The position numbers and the translations under genes are program-made. A DNA stretch of 64,000 bases from Setoptus koraiensis. Its lineage: Eukaryota > Animalia > Arthropoda. Shown one piece after another: positions 25,524 to 37,887 of the stretch. A model generated the notes under the pieces. The model was not told the DNA's origin. It ran no database searches and was given only the letters and a program-made list of their open reading frames with translations. Numbering within the stretch: the stretch's first letter is position 1; each line of letters begins with the position of its first letter. The stretch is from contig CM106585.1 in NCBI GenBank assembly GCA_048013815.1, positions 18,600,001 to 18,664,000 on the forward strand. Direction: 5' to 3'.

Positions 25524-25871
25524 ATGTTCAAGTCAAACACAAGCGTCCTACTGCTGGCTCTGGTGGCCGGCCTCGTGCTACTAAACGTTTGCTCGTGCCA
25601 GTCGGACGACGCGCCGTCCGATAATGCTGATACCGCGCCCGAGCAGGCAGCCGCCGATGAGCAGGCCGCCGCCGATGAGCAGGCCGCCGCCGACGAGCAG
25701 CCCGGCCGCGACAGTCGCCGGGACCCAGAGCAGGACGAGGACGACTTGCCAGGCGGATTAGATGACTTGCTCGACGACGAAGACCTAGACATGATGGAGG
25801 AAAGTTACGACGAATTCGAGGCCAACATGGCTCGCTTTTTGTCCGAACACTCGGGCCGAGGCAAAAACTGA
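25524..25871 (+). CDS. Small secreted acidic protein of unknown function (115 aa)
   Basis: ATG in good context (ACAATG). Signal-peptide-like MFKSNTSVLLLALVAGLVLLNVCSC, three EQAAAD repeats, about one third D/E in the mature part. Upstream TATA box and downstream AATAAA near 26062. Confidence 0.7.
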   Translation: MFKSNTSVLLLALVAGLVLLNVCSCQSDDAPSDNADTAPEQAAADEQAAADEQAAADEQPGRDSRRDPEQDEDDLPGGLDDLLDDEDLDMMEESYDEFEANMARFLSEHSGRGKN

Positions 25872-28014
25872 GCCCGCTCACCGGACGGCCACAGCATCGA
25901 GTCGTAATGACTCGCGTCAATTAAGCGACCATCGGTTATACAAATATCCGGTGTGCGTCAGTCAGGTTATGCGATCATCATCAGTATTTGAATTTAAGCA
26001 ATTACCAGAATTATCAGCAATTATTAGTTTTAGTGGTAAACTAGTAGCGGAGAGCACTAGCAATAAAATATATAAATAGCCCTAAATGTAGAGCCGCATG
26101 TCAACACGTACAAAGTTTACGCCGGTTTGTTCAATTCGCGCAAATCAGTCAATCATATTTATGCCATTCATTAGCAGTTAGCAGTTAGCAGTTAGCAATT
26201 AGCCATTAGCAATTATCAATTAGCAATCAGCAATTAGTAGTAGTCAGTAGATAGTGAAATCATCATCAGAACGGAGTACAACGAGCAATTAACATATCCA
26301 TTCTCAACATGTTAAATTGAATATCAACATTGAATTTGAATAAATGCAAACGGCCACAGTTTGCGTCACTTGGGCCCGCGTCCGATGCGCATCATTATTT
26401 ATACATCATTCATTCATGTTGGCTCACAAATTGTGATCGGTCGATCACAGCTTGTGATTTGCGAGTGCCGCTAATCACAGTTGCTGCTGGCGACAGTGTC
26501 GCGTCGCGCCGCTGGCCGCGCCAACGGCGACAAGTTTGTTTTTGGTTGTGTCGCGTTGGTGGTTGTGGTTGTTGTGGCTGTCGTTGATGTTGGTGGCGGT
26601 TGCTGTCGAGTGCGAGCCGTCGAAATTGCCGGCGAGCCGCCGAAATTGCTGGCCAGCCGAACGCGAGGCTGGACTCACTGGAAACAGACGAAAACAAAGC
26701 GAAAGCAAACGACGGGCAACTGTTGCGACGTAGCGCAAATGTCGTGTCATTATCAACTATTACATAATAATGACTACAATGCCAGCAGTGACATGTGTCA
26801 CTCGCTCACTGCTCACCTGTCGCAGCTGTCCGATTGGCGAGCTAGCTCGCTTGCAGTAGGCGAGCATGAGTGTATTTGTTGGCCAACAAACACTTTTGGC
26901 TTACGCAACAATTGTCCAATGATGCTCGCCTTGTCACCTGTTGTCGCTGTTGCTGTTGTTGTTGTTGTCGCTGTTGCTGTTGTTGTTGCTGTTGTTGTTG
27001 TTGTTGCTGTTGTTGTTGCTGTTGTTGTTGTTGTTGTTGCGGTTGTTGCGGTTGCTGCTGTTGCCCTTTTGCAACGGCTGACAGTGACGCTTCGTCGATC
27101 GCGCTGCCCAGGAGCTGCGACACAACAAAAACAAGAACAAAAAATTGTCATGGGCACCACGATTGGACATTGGGCGACGCGACGGTGATGATGCCAGCGC
27201 TGGTTTGGTCTTTCCATGGCAGTATCGAGCTGGCAGTGTCAAGCCAGCAGTTACGTAAGCCATGGTTTTGCGATACTTGGCGCCAAACAGTGACAACAAT
27301 ATTGTGTGTCACTGTTTGGCTGTGACGCACAATATGCACCTGAGTAGGTCGGCCTGGGCATTTTGGGTAGAGCGGCAACGGTAGCGACGGCAACAATGGC
27401 AGTGGCGACAGTGACAGTGGCAATCATAACGCATGGCACATGTAATGACAGACGACGACGACCGCTAATTACAACTTTGGGCGACCTGCCGACTCGCTCA
27501 CAAAGCCAGCCAGTCGCTCGCCAAACTCGTCGCCGCCGGTGACGATGACCTGTTGCCGTTTAGTCTGCCGACACCAGTTATGTAAGAGCGCCATAACGGT
27601 GCCAGTTGAGCGGCTCTAAAATTACTTTCACTGCTTGTGCCGGGCATCGGTCGCCCTCTAGCGTTGAGTGCGCTGCATCCATTTTATCAAGTGAACCAAC
27701 CGTTATATTTATAACGGTTGTTTCACTTGTTGCGCGTCGAGTGCGTGTGTGTGTCGCTTGCAGAGTGTGTGTGTTGCGCAATAAATGAGGTTTCGCACTT
27801 GCGCTGGCAGGCAACGCGGCCCGCCGACAACAGGAACCCGAAATAGCGTCTCGAAACGTTTAGCTGATGTGTCACAGCTGATACAGGTGACAATTGACAG
27901 ATCTCGTCAGCTGTCAATTGGCATGAGTGTTTCCTGCCGGCCGACAGCGCCAACGCCAAGCGATCGCTCTTGACTCTTGATCTTGGCATTATTGTCAGAG
28001 TGTGTGTGTGTGAT

Positions 28015-28070
28015 GCAATAGTCAGCTGACGCAAGCAATAGTCAGCTGACGCAAGCAGTAGTCAGCTGAC
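28015..28070 (+). repeat. 20-bp tandem repeat x3, each copy containing palindromic GTCAGCTGAC
   Basis: gtcagctgac at 28021, 28041 and 28061 separated by gcaagca(a/g)ta. Confidence 0.9.
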
Positions 28071-28660
28071 ACGAGGGCCGGTGCGCATCTCACAACAGTG
28101 ACACAACAGTGACACACACTCATTTCACCAGCCGGTGTGTCATGTTAAAATGAGCTGGACGACACTGGCCACACATTGCACAACACACACATTGCATATG
28201 ACAAACACATTACGTAACAAGCGCACACATTACGTATTGCATGCGCAAGGGTGGCCGGTGGCTGGGGTCAAGTGGGCCGCTCGTGACCTCTGGCTGTGGC
28301 TCATGACAGTTGCATCATGATATGTGGCGATGACAAACGGCAACGGTTCTGAGTGCGCGATCTGAAAAGTTGAGCCAGCGAGTTTGTTGTCAAAAGTGAA
28401 ACTTGTTGCCATAGTGACACACAACAGACTCTGTTGAGCGCAGCAATGGCGCCAAAATCGGTCCAGCCGGGCCGGGCCGAGCCGAGCCGAGCCAGGCGAT
28501 CAGCTGACGCGAACGGGCTCGAAAGTCGTCGACTTGGTGGCCGAGTCGGCCGGGCCAGCCAACGGGCGAGTCGGGCTCACGGGCAAACTTGATCACACAG
28601 TTAGCTGACAGCCGATAAGTGTTGCGCAACGGCAAGCGCCGATCAAGTTTGAGCCCGTTC

Positions 28661-28722
28661 GTTGCAGCCGATACCTGAGTTGCCAGCCGATACCTGAGTT
28701 GCTAGCCGATACCTGAGTTGCC
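28661..28722 (+). repeat. 19-bp tandem repeat x3 (AGCCGATACCTGAGTTGC+1)
   Basis: Read directly. Confidence 0.9.
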
Positions 28723-31700
28723 TGGCTGCACGGTGAGCTTGATGTGAGCCCGTGTCTCTGGCAAGCGATACCAGAGAGCTGAGCAGCGAGTTCGAGTGTC
28801 GGGCACTGGATAGAGTCGTTGCGCGATAACGGCGACGGCAGCGACAGCAACAACGACAACAACAACAGCGACAACAACAACAGCGACAACAACAACAACG
28901 ACGATCGACCGGCGGATACGACGGACAACAGCACACAAGCCGAACAGAGCCGAACAGAGCCGATTGTAACGTTATCAGGTTGCCGTGAATGGGAGTCATT
29001 GACTCGTCTCGACCTCTACCAATGTCCGCGCTTTTGTTGTTGATTGCGTATAGTTATCGGATACTGACGCTGTCGCTAAACGTCGAACCGTCTACAGCGA
29101 AGCGGATTCTCATTCAGTCGTTTCGTTCATTGTCAGTCGTTTGTTGCTGGCCAGTGCGCTCGTGCCAAAACGGCGCCCCCTTTCGTGCACCATTTCGCCA
29201 TTTGGGCTTGTGTTGTTGGGCTTGTTGTGTTTGTGCCTGTTGGGGCCCACGGAGCCAGAGCGATCGAGCGGGCAACATGACTGTCGGCTCGGGTGCAATA
29301 TTACGGCGACCTGATGCCGGTTGATGGGGCTCGCACAGGCGTTGTGTTACATAATACAATGCGGTGCGTAATTTAATTATCGCCTGATTATCGCCTGCAC
29401 AGCACAGCACGCACTGCGTCAGCAGTCCGCACAGCAGTTTGCACACCGTTGGCCCGCAGTGGTCAGCGAGCTCACCTGTCCACCCGTCCAGCTTGCTCAA
29501 CTGTCCGCCGGGCTCACCTGTCCGCCGGGCTCACCTGTTCACCTGGCCCGGCTGCTCGCCTGTTGCTCGCCTGAGCCGGGAGCAAGGCGACATGGACCAA
29601 TGAGGGCCGTGTGCGGCACGCATAGTCGTGCTCGCGGGAGCATTGTGGTGCGGCCGCCACTGGGCAAATGTCAAACAGTGCGCTGCAGCGACAACGACAG
29701 CAGAAACAGCAACAACGACAACAACAACAACGACAACAGCAACAACGACAACAACGACAACAACAACAACGACAACAACGATGGCAAAGACCGTGAACCT
29801 TGCACCAGTTGTGCATTGTCGCTGTCGCTGTCGTAATAAGTTATATAATAAGTTGTAAGCGATTTCTACACAACATAACACAGCGCAACGCAACATTTTT
29901 ATTTGTCATTTTATTTGTGCCAGCACCGGCTAACCGCTGTTAGCCGTAACTAGCAATGTTATACTGGCAATGTTATACTGGCAATGTTATGGCTGTAACT
30001 ATATTTGTTTAGCTTGTACAATTTATTACAAAGCGCAACAGTGCAGCGCGCTGCATGTTTATGTATGTTTGTAACGTCAGTCGGTCGGTCGGCCGCCGCC
30101 GCCGAGCTCGCTTGCCAACAGTAGCGAAACGTTAATGTTTGCCGTGTGTCTCGCTGCCGATTCAACGATTCAACAATTCATTTATTCAGCCATTCAGCCA
30201 TTCAGCTATTCAACAATTCAGCTACCCAGCTACTCGGCTATTCGGCTGTTCAGCCATTCGGCGATTGGCATTCGCGCTGGCGAGCGCCTGTTGCTGCGAC
30301 TCGAGGCTCGGCTCTCGGCTGTGACTCGGGGCTCGGCTTCGGCCGTGGCTGGCCGGCCGGCCGCCACTGCACACTCACACGACCAGTTTTGAGTTTTGTG
30401 CCGGCCCGGCCGGAGAGTTTTTCACATCGGCGCCAGTGGCGCCGATGCGAGCTCACAATTTGTTTGTGAGTTACAAATGTCAACACACGAATATTGGTAA
30501 TATGGGCGCACGAATGTTCGTAATATCGGCGCCGTCGGGTCACCTGATCCACGAGCGTCCGCAGGCAGCCCGCAAGTCAAACAGACCCGTCAAAACAGAC
30601 CCGTCAAAACAGATCCGTCAAACAGGCCAGTGTCAACAGTGCAACCATCGCGTATATCGTCATGCACACACTGTTGATATATCGTTTGCTATTACTTAAT
30701 AGTTTGCCATTATTTAATAGTTTGCAGCGCAAAGTTTGTCGCTGGCAGCGCTCTTGCGCGTCTGCCAGTCCCCCCGCGAGGTGTCGCTCCAAGTGGGGCC
30801 GTCTCGCCAGTGGCCAGCGCCACATGCCGAATGCCGAATGCCGGATGCCGAATGCATCCTTGCCGGCGCCAATCGGCAGCGCTAGTGGGCCAGTTGGCGC
30901 GCCGGCAAATGGCAGGCGCACATTAATTATTAATAACAACAATTAATGTGTAATATTACGACAAACGGAACGCACGCTCGTCGGCTGTCACCTGTCGAAC
31001 GCATGCCCGCGGCCGGTGTTTGGCTTGCTGAGCGCACCTGTGAGCGCTGTTTACAGGTAATGCCACACTGATGTGAGCCGGCCAGCCAATTGCGTCACAC
31101 ACAATCAGCCAACACAAACAAACTGAGTGTGTGTATGCCAATACAATGATGTAATGCGAGAGATGCGTTCGGCACTCGATCAATTGAGCATTGTGCTGTC
31201 AGCGGCGCTACCTGAGCGACTTGACAGCGCTCAGCGACAGCTGTCAGTCGGTGGGCCGCTTCCAGTGCTCGTTGTTGGCGCCGTATGGGGGGGCTTGCTC
31301 TCGCTGTTACCTGTCGAAGCTGCTGGCCCCGCACACACAACCTTTCTGTCGACTGTCGGCCGCCGACTGTCGGGCCCGTCGGGTCCGCCGGATCCGCCGG
31401 ATCTGTCGGCGGCGTCGGTAGCGTCGTTGCCATATACGGCTGCCGTTTGTCTGCAGCGCTGTCAATTATTTTTGTGTCAATTATATCAGACGCGATCATC
31501 GCCGACGCTCGTGACCATCATCGTTTCATGTGCCCGTAACCGGCAACATGAGCGCCCCCTTTTTATTGCGCCACGTTACACCTTGTTGTGCCTCGTTATA
31601 CCTGTCGAGCTAGCAGTGCCCAATATAGTGTGTCTATACTTGTGGGATATTATCATCAGACAGAGGGATGTTATTGTTGGTTGTTTGGGGTTATTTTTTC

Positions 31701-34700
31701 ACTATCGTCGCTCTCGTCGCTGCCGTCGCTGCCGTTGATGGGGGACGCATTCTGGATTTATCTTGTCGCTTGCTGTTGATTTTGTGCATGTTTGTCGTGT
31801 TGCTGTTTGCTCGCTAACCCGACACTGGCTTTTCGTCGGCTGCCGCTGACCTGCTTGCAACATATTGCAGGCCGACATTATTATTGTTATTGTTGTTATT
31901 ATTATTATTATTATGCAACAGCAAACAATAATTGATTATTTATAACGAGATTTGCCAATCGCTCATCGTGCCATCATCATCGCCAGCCAACCAACAAACA
32001 GCTGCTCGCCGAGCCGATGATACATGATCGACATAATACACAGACAATCGGCATAAACACATAAATACGTAAATATACGTAGATCGTCATGTGCATGCCA
32101 TGCATGTGATAATAGAGGCCAATTCAAACAATTAGCATATGAACTCTTTCGCTAGCTCTACCTTACATTATACATTGTCTGCTGTGAGTCGATCGGTGTC
32201 GAACTGCCACCAACAAGTTGCCGCCTGACACACCTGAGTTACCTGTAGTTGGCCCGGCACATGACACTTGTCGGCAACTTGTTGTTGACATCCATCCGAG
32301 CCCAAACGGCCTCGTTGCACCATTCTCAACCACTCTCAACCATTCTCAACCGTCAACGAGACGACAAGAAACGATCCCAAACACAATGCTGGTTTTGGTT
32401 GTTGTCCGGCCGACTGTGTTGTCGCGCCGGCCCCGGTGCGTTGCGCAACAAGCCAATGGTCCATTACATAATGGGTGCGCTGACACGACACATTACGTAA
32501 TAGTGTCTCACACTGTGTGCTGGCTCCGCTTGCGATGGCTTCAGGGGCGATCGGTGCCGATCCGGCCACGACACACGGTACGGCACACACACACGCACAC
32601 ACACGCACACACACGCACACACAAATGAGTATGATGAGATAATCTCTGTCCTCTCTACTGACACAACACTAATCTCTGCTCACGGTGCAACGGCATAATC
32701 ATATGCAAATGTATTCATGTTCGCTCTATATCAAAATGGCAAGATCAAGAGGTGAACTTGTCGTGCCGTGCTGTACGTTATCTCGTTCTGTCTATCGCAC
32801 CCTTAATTGCGCAATCATCAATGTAACAACCAGAACATTGCGCAATAGAGCAGGGACAGAGCATCGGAGTTGCTGGTCACTGTGACAATCTGTTTGCATA
32901 TCAATTAAGCGTTGGCAATCGTCGATTATCCGGCACAACAAGTGCAATTGTAACTGTATCACGAAGAACAGTTTCCACGAACATGATGCACATTGCTCGC
33001 AACTTGCGGCTCACAACACTGATAAATCACCGCCGGTGGCAACACGTTCTCCGTTATTACACATCCATGTATATATCCATTACACATTTATTATACATCC
33101 GCATTGCACAAGTGCCAGCGAGCGCGCTCTCGGAGCCCCCGTTTCGCTCGCTTGTCATTTGTTTCATTTGTTGTCGTTTGGCGGTGCACTCTGGCTTCGT
33201 TGTTGCTCTCGCCTTCGCAACGCTTTCAAAGGCACCTGCAATGTTCTGTTTACATAATCTCAATTATAATCACCAGCCAATTACGTGATCAGCTCTCGCG
33301 CTTGATTGCCTTGGTCACACACTTGTTGTTTGTGTTGCGCTGTTTGCGCTGGTTGTGTGGCACAATCTCGGAATCAATATGATTTTGTTGGGTGGGTATT
33401 CGCTCTGTCGGCGTACCGATTCAAACAAAATTAATTGCGTCCACAGCGCCAATAGAAGTGAGCGATTTATCACGATAGGCCCAGTTCATAAAGGCACCGA
33501 GTGCGTGTTGTTTCCTTGATATTATTAATTATCACACTTATTACGTAACTGCGAATCACACAATCAGTGTTTGTCTCACGGATCCCAACAAATCAAAAAT
33601 TCGCTCTCTCTCGCTCTGTCTGGCAAGCTGCATGCCAGCTCGTGGCTGATGTAAACAGAAACGAGTCATCATCAACCGAACGCCATATCACACCGACAAA
33701 TAAAAAGCGAGAACACACAACAAGAAGCAGTAGCAGCTTGATGAATGTGTGACAGTTTTACTTGCTGTCATTCATACATCATGGCACGACAAGGTCCCCA
33801 TATCACGCTCTTCACTCGAATTTGTGCCTTTGACAATCCTCCATATAAGCTGCTTCTTGATGGTTGCGCCAGCCTTGATTGCAACTTATCGAATTGAGAG
33901 CTCTAAGGTCTCCCTTTCTCCCTTTCTCTTTCAATACATTACGCGCAATTCGTTCATTCACTTCTCCTGGAATAAAACAACTAATCCAACAATACGAGAC
34001 GACCCATATTAGTTAGCAAATAGTTGGCACCCAGCATGCCGTTAACTAACATTATGGACACCAATCAAGCTAGCCAAGCGACCAACTAACTAAGTTAACT
34101 GTCTGTATAAATTGAGCGCACACGTTTACGCAACCAATTTATAATGAATCAAGGTTATTACATAAAGAAACAGAGAAAGAAGTACCGGTTTGTGTGTTGT
34201 TCATTGCTATCATTCCCGTCTACTTATCTCAGTGTATCTATTAAGACAACCAACTTGCGCTATCGCGCGCATGATGAGAGACACAGACAAGAGATACAAG
34301 AGACTTTTTGGTGTTTGCTTAGACGTTTCCACAGAAATAACATGGCAACGTCGACTGGTGGTAGTAGTGGTGGTAGTAGTGATGGTTGTGGTGATCGTGG
34401 TAAATGCAACTTTTTATACACTCCAACAAGATTAAATAGACCGCTCTTTTTGGTCAGAATATTTATTTTTTATTTTTGTTGTTTTTCATATGGTGAAAGC
34501 TGATTATACAACGTTCAGTAATAATGGTGGTCGTAATAGTAGTTGTATTAGTAGTATCTTATGTTTCCCGTGTCTGTAAGCGCGACTTCTCTCGTTCAAC
34601 CCATTTTCACTAGTATGATGAGATTTTTGTACTTTATGGCGCGAGCGCAACAAATAAATGGAAAGAACGTCAATTCTGCCAGTTACTGATGCATAATTCT

Positions 34701-35042
34701 CTTATCTTTTGCTTTTTATCTCTTGTTTACATACACCACCATACGTTTGTACACCAGGCCACTGCGTTGTCTTGTTGCTGCTGCTGCTGCTATAACTCAA
34801 TCGTCGCCATGCTTGCTGTAGTTTTCTACCATGCTGTACACACAGAGATTGGCCTCCATTTCAATTGGTCCCCAAGCGAGATGGCTAGCTAGCTAGCTAG
34901 CCAGCCAGCCACCACCATCATCATTCATTATCCAAACGCTTTTGAATATATACACATTGATGATACACTTAGTTGTGTGCAAATAACAGATGCATATGTT
35001 TTTACAGTCTGTATATACATTTGGCACATGCGTTCAGGATTA

Positions 35043-37667
35043 TCAGGCGATGGTTAGATGGACTGGACGGGCACAAAGAGAGCAGGATTGTATGGCTAGG
35101 TAGCGACATCGGCATTCCATACAATCTATCAGCTTGAAATAAACAACGCGATTATGTTGCTCTTGTTGTTGTTGTTGTTTTTGTTGCTGCTGCTGCTCTG
35201 CCTGGTGACAGGGATTTTTGGTGTTTTGAGATTTCTGCTGCTGGTCATGAAGTTTGAGGTGGCTTGCATGGCACATATTGCTGCTGTTCATCATCGTGAC
35301 GCAACCATGATGATTATGCTGCTGATGGTGACAGGAATTTGGTATTACAGCAATCATGTTGTTGTTTGATACACTTGCTGCAACAGCGCTCGATTGCTCG
35401 GACGCTTCATTTATTGCTGCTGCGACTTTATTATCGCCAATGATGTTGTCGCCGACATTTCCAGTGCTGCAAATAGGCGTCGCAACCTCTACAGCGATGG
35501 TGGCGGAATCATTTGTCAGATCTGATAGTACTCCATCGTCAAGATCGTCTTCTATGTCAATACTTGTATCTTCTTTCTCAAATTGTTGTTCAACTTCATG
35601 ATCTTGCACAGCGAGATGCTTCGCAGTATCACTTTTTATACAAGCCTGCTGTTGTTTTTGTAACATATGCTGCGTACATTGCTGCTGCTGTTGTTGTTGC
35701 TGCTGCTGCTGGTGTTGTTGCTGCTGGTGTTGTTGCTGCTGGTGTTGTTGCTGCTGGTGTTGTTGCTGTTGTTGTTGCAACAATTGCTTCTGGTGGTGTT
35801 GGTGATCTAACGCCGATTGATGCTGCTGGCGTTGGTGGTCAAAATTAAGCTTATAAGCCAAATCTCGTATCATATTCAATGTTAATCGTAGTTCGTGGCT
35901 CATCAGACATACCGTGCTACGTTGTACAACACTGAATAGTATTGTTAAATAATCAAACTTTAGAAGAGCATCGTCTGAAAAATGATTCGCTAAATAACTT
36001 TCCAACTTGGCCTGCTGCTGGCTCAAGTCGCTAAAGTCGATAAAAAATCTTGAACACATGTAGCGCTCAAGCGTCCTTATTTGATTGTTGTTCGTTGGTT
36101 TGTAGTTTCTAACTAATAAGTTGCAATATTTAAGCAATCCTCCGCCTCGAATCTCTTCAGGACTTCGGGTAGCAATAAGTTTGTTCTCAAGATGATATAG
36201 GGCCTCCTTGAAGTTACCATATTCCGATTGGCCCACAACAGTTGGGTAGAAGTTTTTCGAGATCACTGTGTACGATCTAGTCCTACTGCTCAATGATTGT
36301 TGTTGTTCATTGGTGGTGGACGACGACGACGATGATGATGATGTGGAAGATGATGATGACGAAAGTAGAATATTATGATCATTATCATAAGCGTAAATAT
36401 CGTCATAATCGCCATCACATGACACCGCCGACGATGAAGAGGATACAATCGATGATGAAGATGAGCAACCCGATGACGAGGCCACAGATGCCGTTGAGGC
36501 GCAAACTGTTGGATCTGAGGTCAAATAAGAATGATGGTTGGCTTCTGTTGTTGGGGCACAATCATAGAATTGCATTAATGAGTCTAGTATTATCTGGAAT
36601 GAGTCGACACTAAACTCAAACTTGCGCCTCATTCTATCGACGAATTTAAGCTCGATATTGTTGGGAGCCTGAGGTGGTGCTGGCTGATGATGGTGATGAT
36701 GATTTGAATGAGTGTTGTTGTTGTTATGATTGTTTAATCTGATGGAGCCGCCACCGGGATTGTTGGTTGTTGTGTGGTGGTGATTATTTGTTGTTGTTTT
36801 AAATTGTTGATTGTTGTTGCCGGTGTCTTGCTGTTGTTGCTGTTGCATGTAGTTAACTTGATGGTGAGCCTCTGGCACTGTTGCGGATTGCTGTTGCTGC
36901 TGTTGTTGCTGTTGGACACCTAACGAGATTAAACTCCATCTATCACCTTCGTTGACTTTGACCATCTTGTGTACGTAAGCTTCTTTGATGGCACAACTAC
37001 TGAGAGGCATTTGTTGCTGTTGAAGCGGTTGTTGTGACATAGAATTGTTGTTGTGCGGAAAGAATTCCTTAAGACATTCTAAAACTACGTCTCTTATCAC
37101 GTCGAATTTGTCCTCGTCAGACAAATCGGTGGCAAATATTAAATCAAGATCATTATACTGAGAATTTTCTGGAGCTAATATGTAGCTTGCGCCGCCACCA
37201 TTTAGTCTGATATCACGTATTTCTATCGAGTGTTCGTCTTGTAGTTTTGTTTTGACAAGGCGAATTAATTCTTTTAATTTAACATATAATGTTGGAAAGT
37301 CACCCCTGCCGTAAATGGGTATTGTTTGGTCCATAACGTAATCCAATCGTTTGACTTGTTCATAAGTGAGCACAGATGAGTGACTATCATTGTGGTATTT
37401 GTAGTGGCTCTTGGCGCTACTCGACATGCTTGGGTACTGCTGCTGCTGGTGCTGGCTTGCCGTGGGCTTGGGCGCGCTCACCTGGTTGAGAGGCTGGTTG
37501 TTAAAATGGGGCCGCTGCTGCTGGTTGTGGTAGGCATGGTTGGCGTGGCCGTTGTTGGCCGGCGACGATTTGTTGTATGAGGAGCGGCAACGCGAACTGA
37601 TATAATTAAAACTATTGCTGGGGGCCGCTTGCTGCTGCTGACTATTGCTTGTGTTGGTGGGCGACAT
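35043..37667 (-). CDS. TENT5: Terminal nucleotidyltransferase 5 (FAM46) non-canonical poly(A) polymerase, 874 aa, intronless
   Basis: VLTYEQVKRLD, GRGDFPTL, LNGGGASYIL..YNDLDLIF (G[GS] and DxD), KEAYVHKMVKV..DRWSLISL, IELKFVD..RRKFEFSVDSFQI, RGGGLLKYCNLL and LERYMCSRFFIDF. Confidence 0.95.
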   Translation of the reverse strand: MSPTNTSNSQQQQAAPSNSFNYISSRCRSSYNKSSPANNGHANHAYHNQQQRPHFNNQPLNQVSAPKPTASQHQQQQYPSMSSSAKSHYKYHNDSHSSVLTYEQVKRLDYVMDQTIPIYGRGDFPTLYVKLKELIRLVKTKLQDEHSIEIRDIRLNGGGASYILAPENSQYNDLDLIFATDLSDEDKFDVIRDVVLECLKEFFPHNNNSMSQQPLQQQQMPLSSCAIKEAYVHKMVKVNEGDRWSLISLGVQQQQQQQQQSATVPEAHHQVNYMQQQQQQDTGNNNQQFKTTTNNHHHTTTNNPGGGSIRLNNHNNNNTHSNHHHHHQPAPPQAPNNIELKFVDRMRRKFEFSVDSFQIILDSLMQFYDCAPTTEANHHSYLTSDPTVCASTASVASSSGCSSSSSIVSSSSSAVSCDGDYDDIYAYDNDHNILLSSSSSSTSSSSSSSSTTNEQQQSLSSRTRSYTVISKNFYPTVVGQSEYGNFKEALYHLENKLIATRSPEEIRGGGLLKYCNLLVRNYKPTNNNQIRTLERYMCSRFFIDFSDLSQQQAKLESYLANHFSDDALLKFDYLTILFSVVQRSTVCLMSHELRLTLNMIRDLAYKLNFDHQRQQHQSALDHQHHQKQLLQQQQQQHQQQQHQQQQHQQQQHQQQQQQQQQQQCTQHMLQKQQQACIKSDTAKHLAVQDHEVEQQFEKEDTSIDIEDDLDDGVLSDLTNDSATIAVEVATPICSTGNVGDNIIGDNKVAAAINEASEQSSAVAASVSNNNMIAVIPNSCHHQQHNHHGCVTMMNSSNMCHASHLKLHDQQQKSQNTKNPCHQAEQQQQQKQQQQQEQHNRVVYFKLIDCMECRCRYLAIQSCSLCARPVHLTIA

Positions 37668-37792
37668 GGCTCTACTGGGTGCTTGTGGGCATTATTGTGT
37701 GATGGGTTCAGGCGCGTCGATGTGGCCGCTTCGAACTGTTTCTTCAATCTGGTGCTTCAATCTGGCGCTCGTTATAATCGGTGCGGCGCTCG

Positions 37793-37887
37793 TGTTAATT
37801 CTATGATTTTGTCTGGTGCTCGCGTTAATTCTATAATTTCATCTGGCGCTCGCGTTAATTCTATAATTTTATCTGGCGCTCGCGTAG
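37793..37887. repeat. 30-bp tandem repeat x3 plus partial copies, upstream of the TENT5 ATG
   Basis: Consensus GGCGCTCGCGTTAATTCTATAATTTTATCT. Confidence 0.9.

Noticed and set aside
26168-26240. Degenerate 7-bp (TTAGCAG/A) array resembling a telomere repeat
   Set aside because: No G-run, highly degenerate, and similar to other local slippage repeats.
17150-31800. Dozens of 60-250 aa ORFs rich in poly-C, V, L, T or Q (e.g. 20313-21056, 23177-23935, 26481-27188)
   Set aside because: They are translations of (GTT)n, (GCT)n and short tandem repeats, open in several frames on both strands, many with non-ATG starts and no recognisable domain.
32737-32767. TGGCAAGAT (miR-31-like seed) in a short hairpin
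   Set aside because: The stem is only about 13 bp, too short for a pre-miRNA, and the 3' part does not match miR-31.
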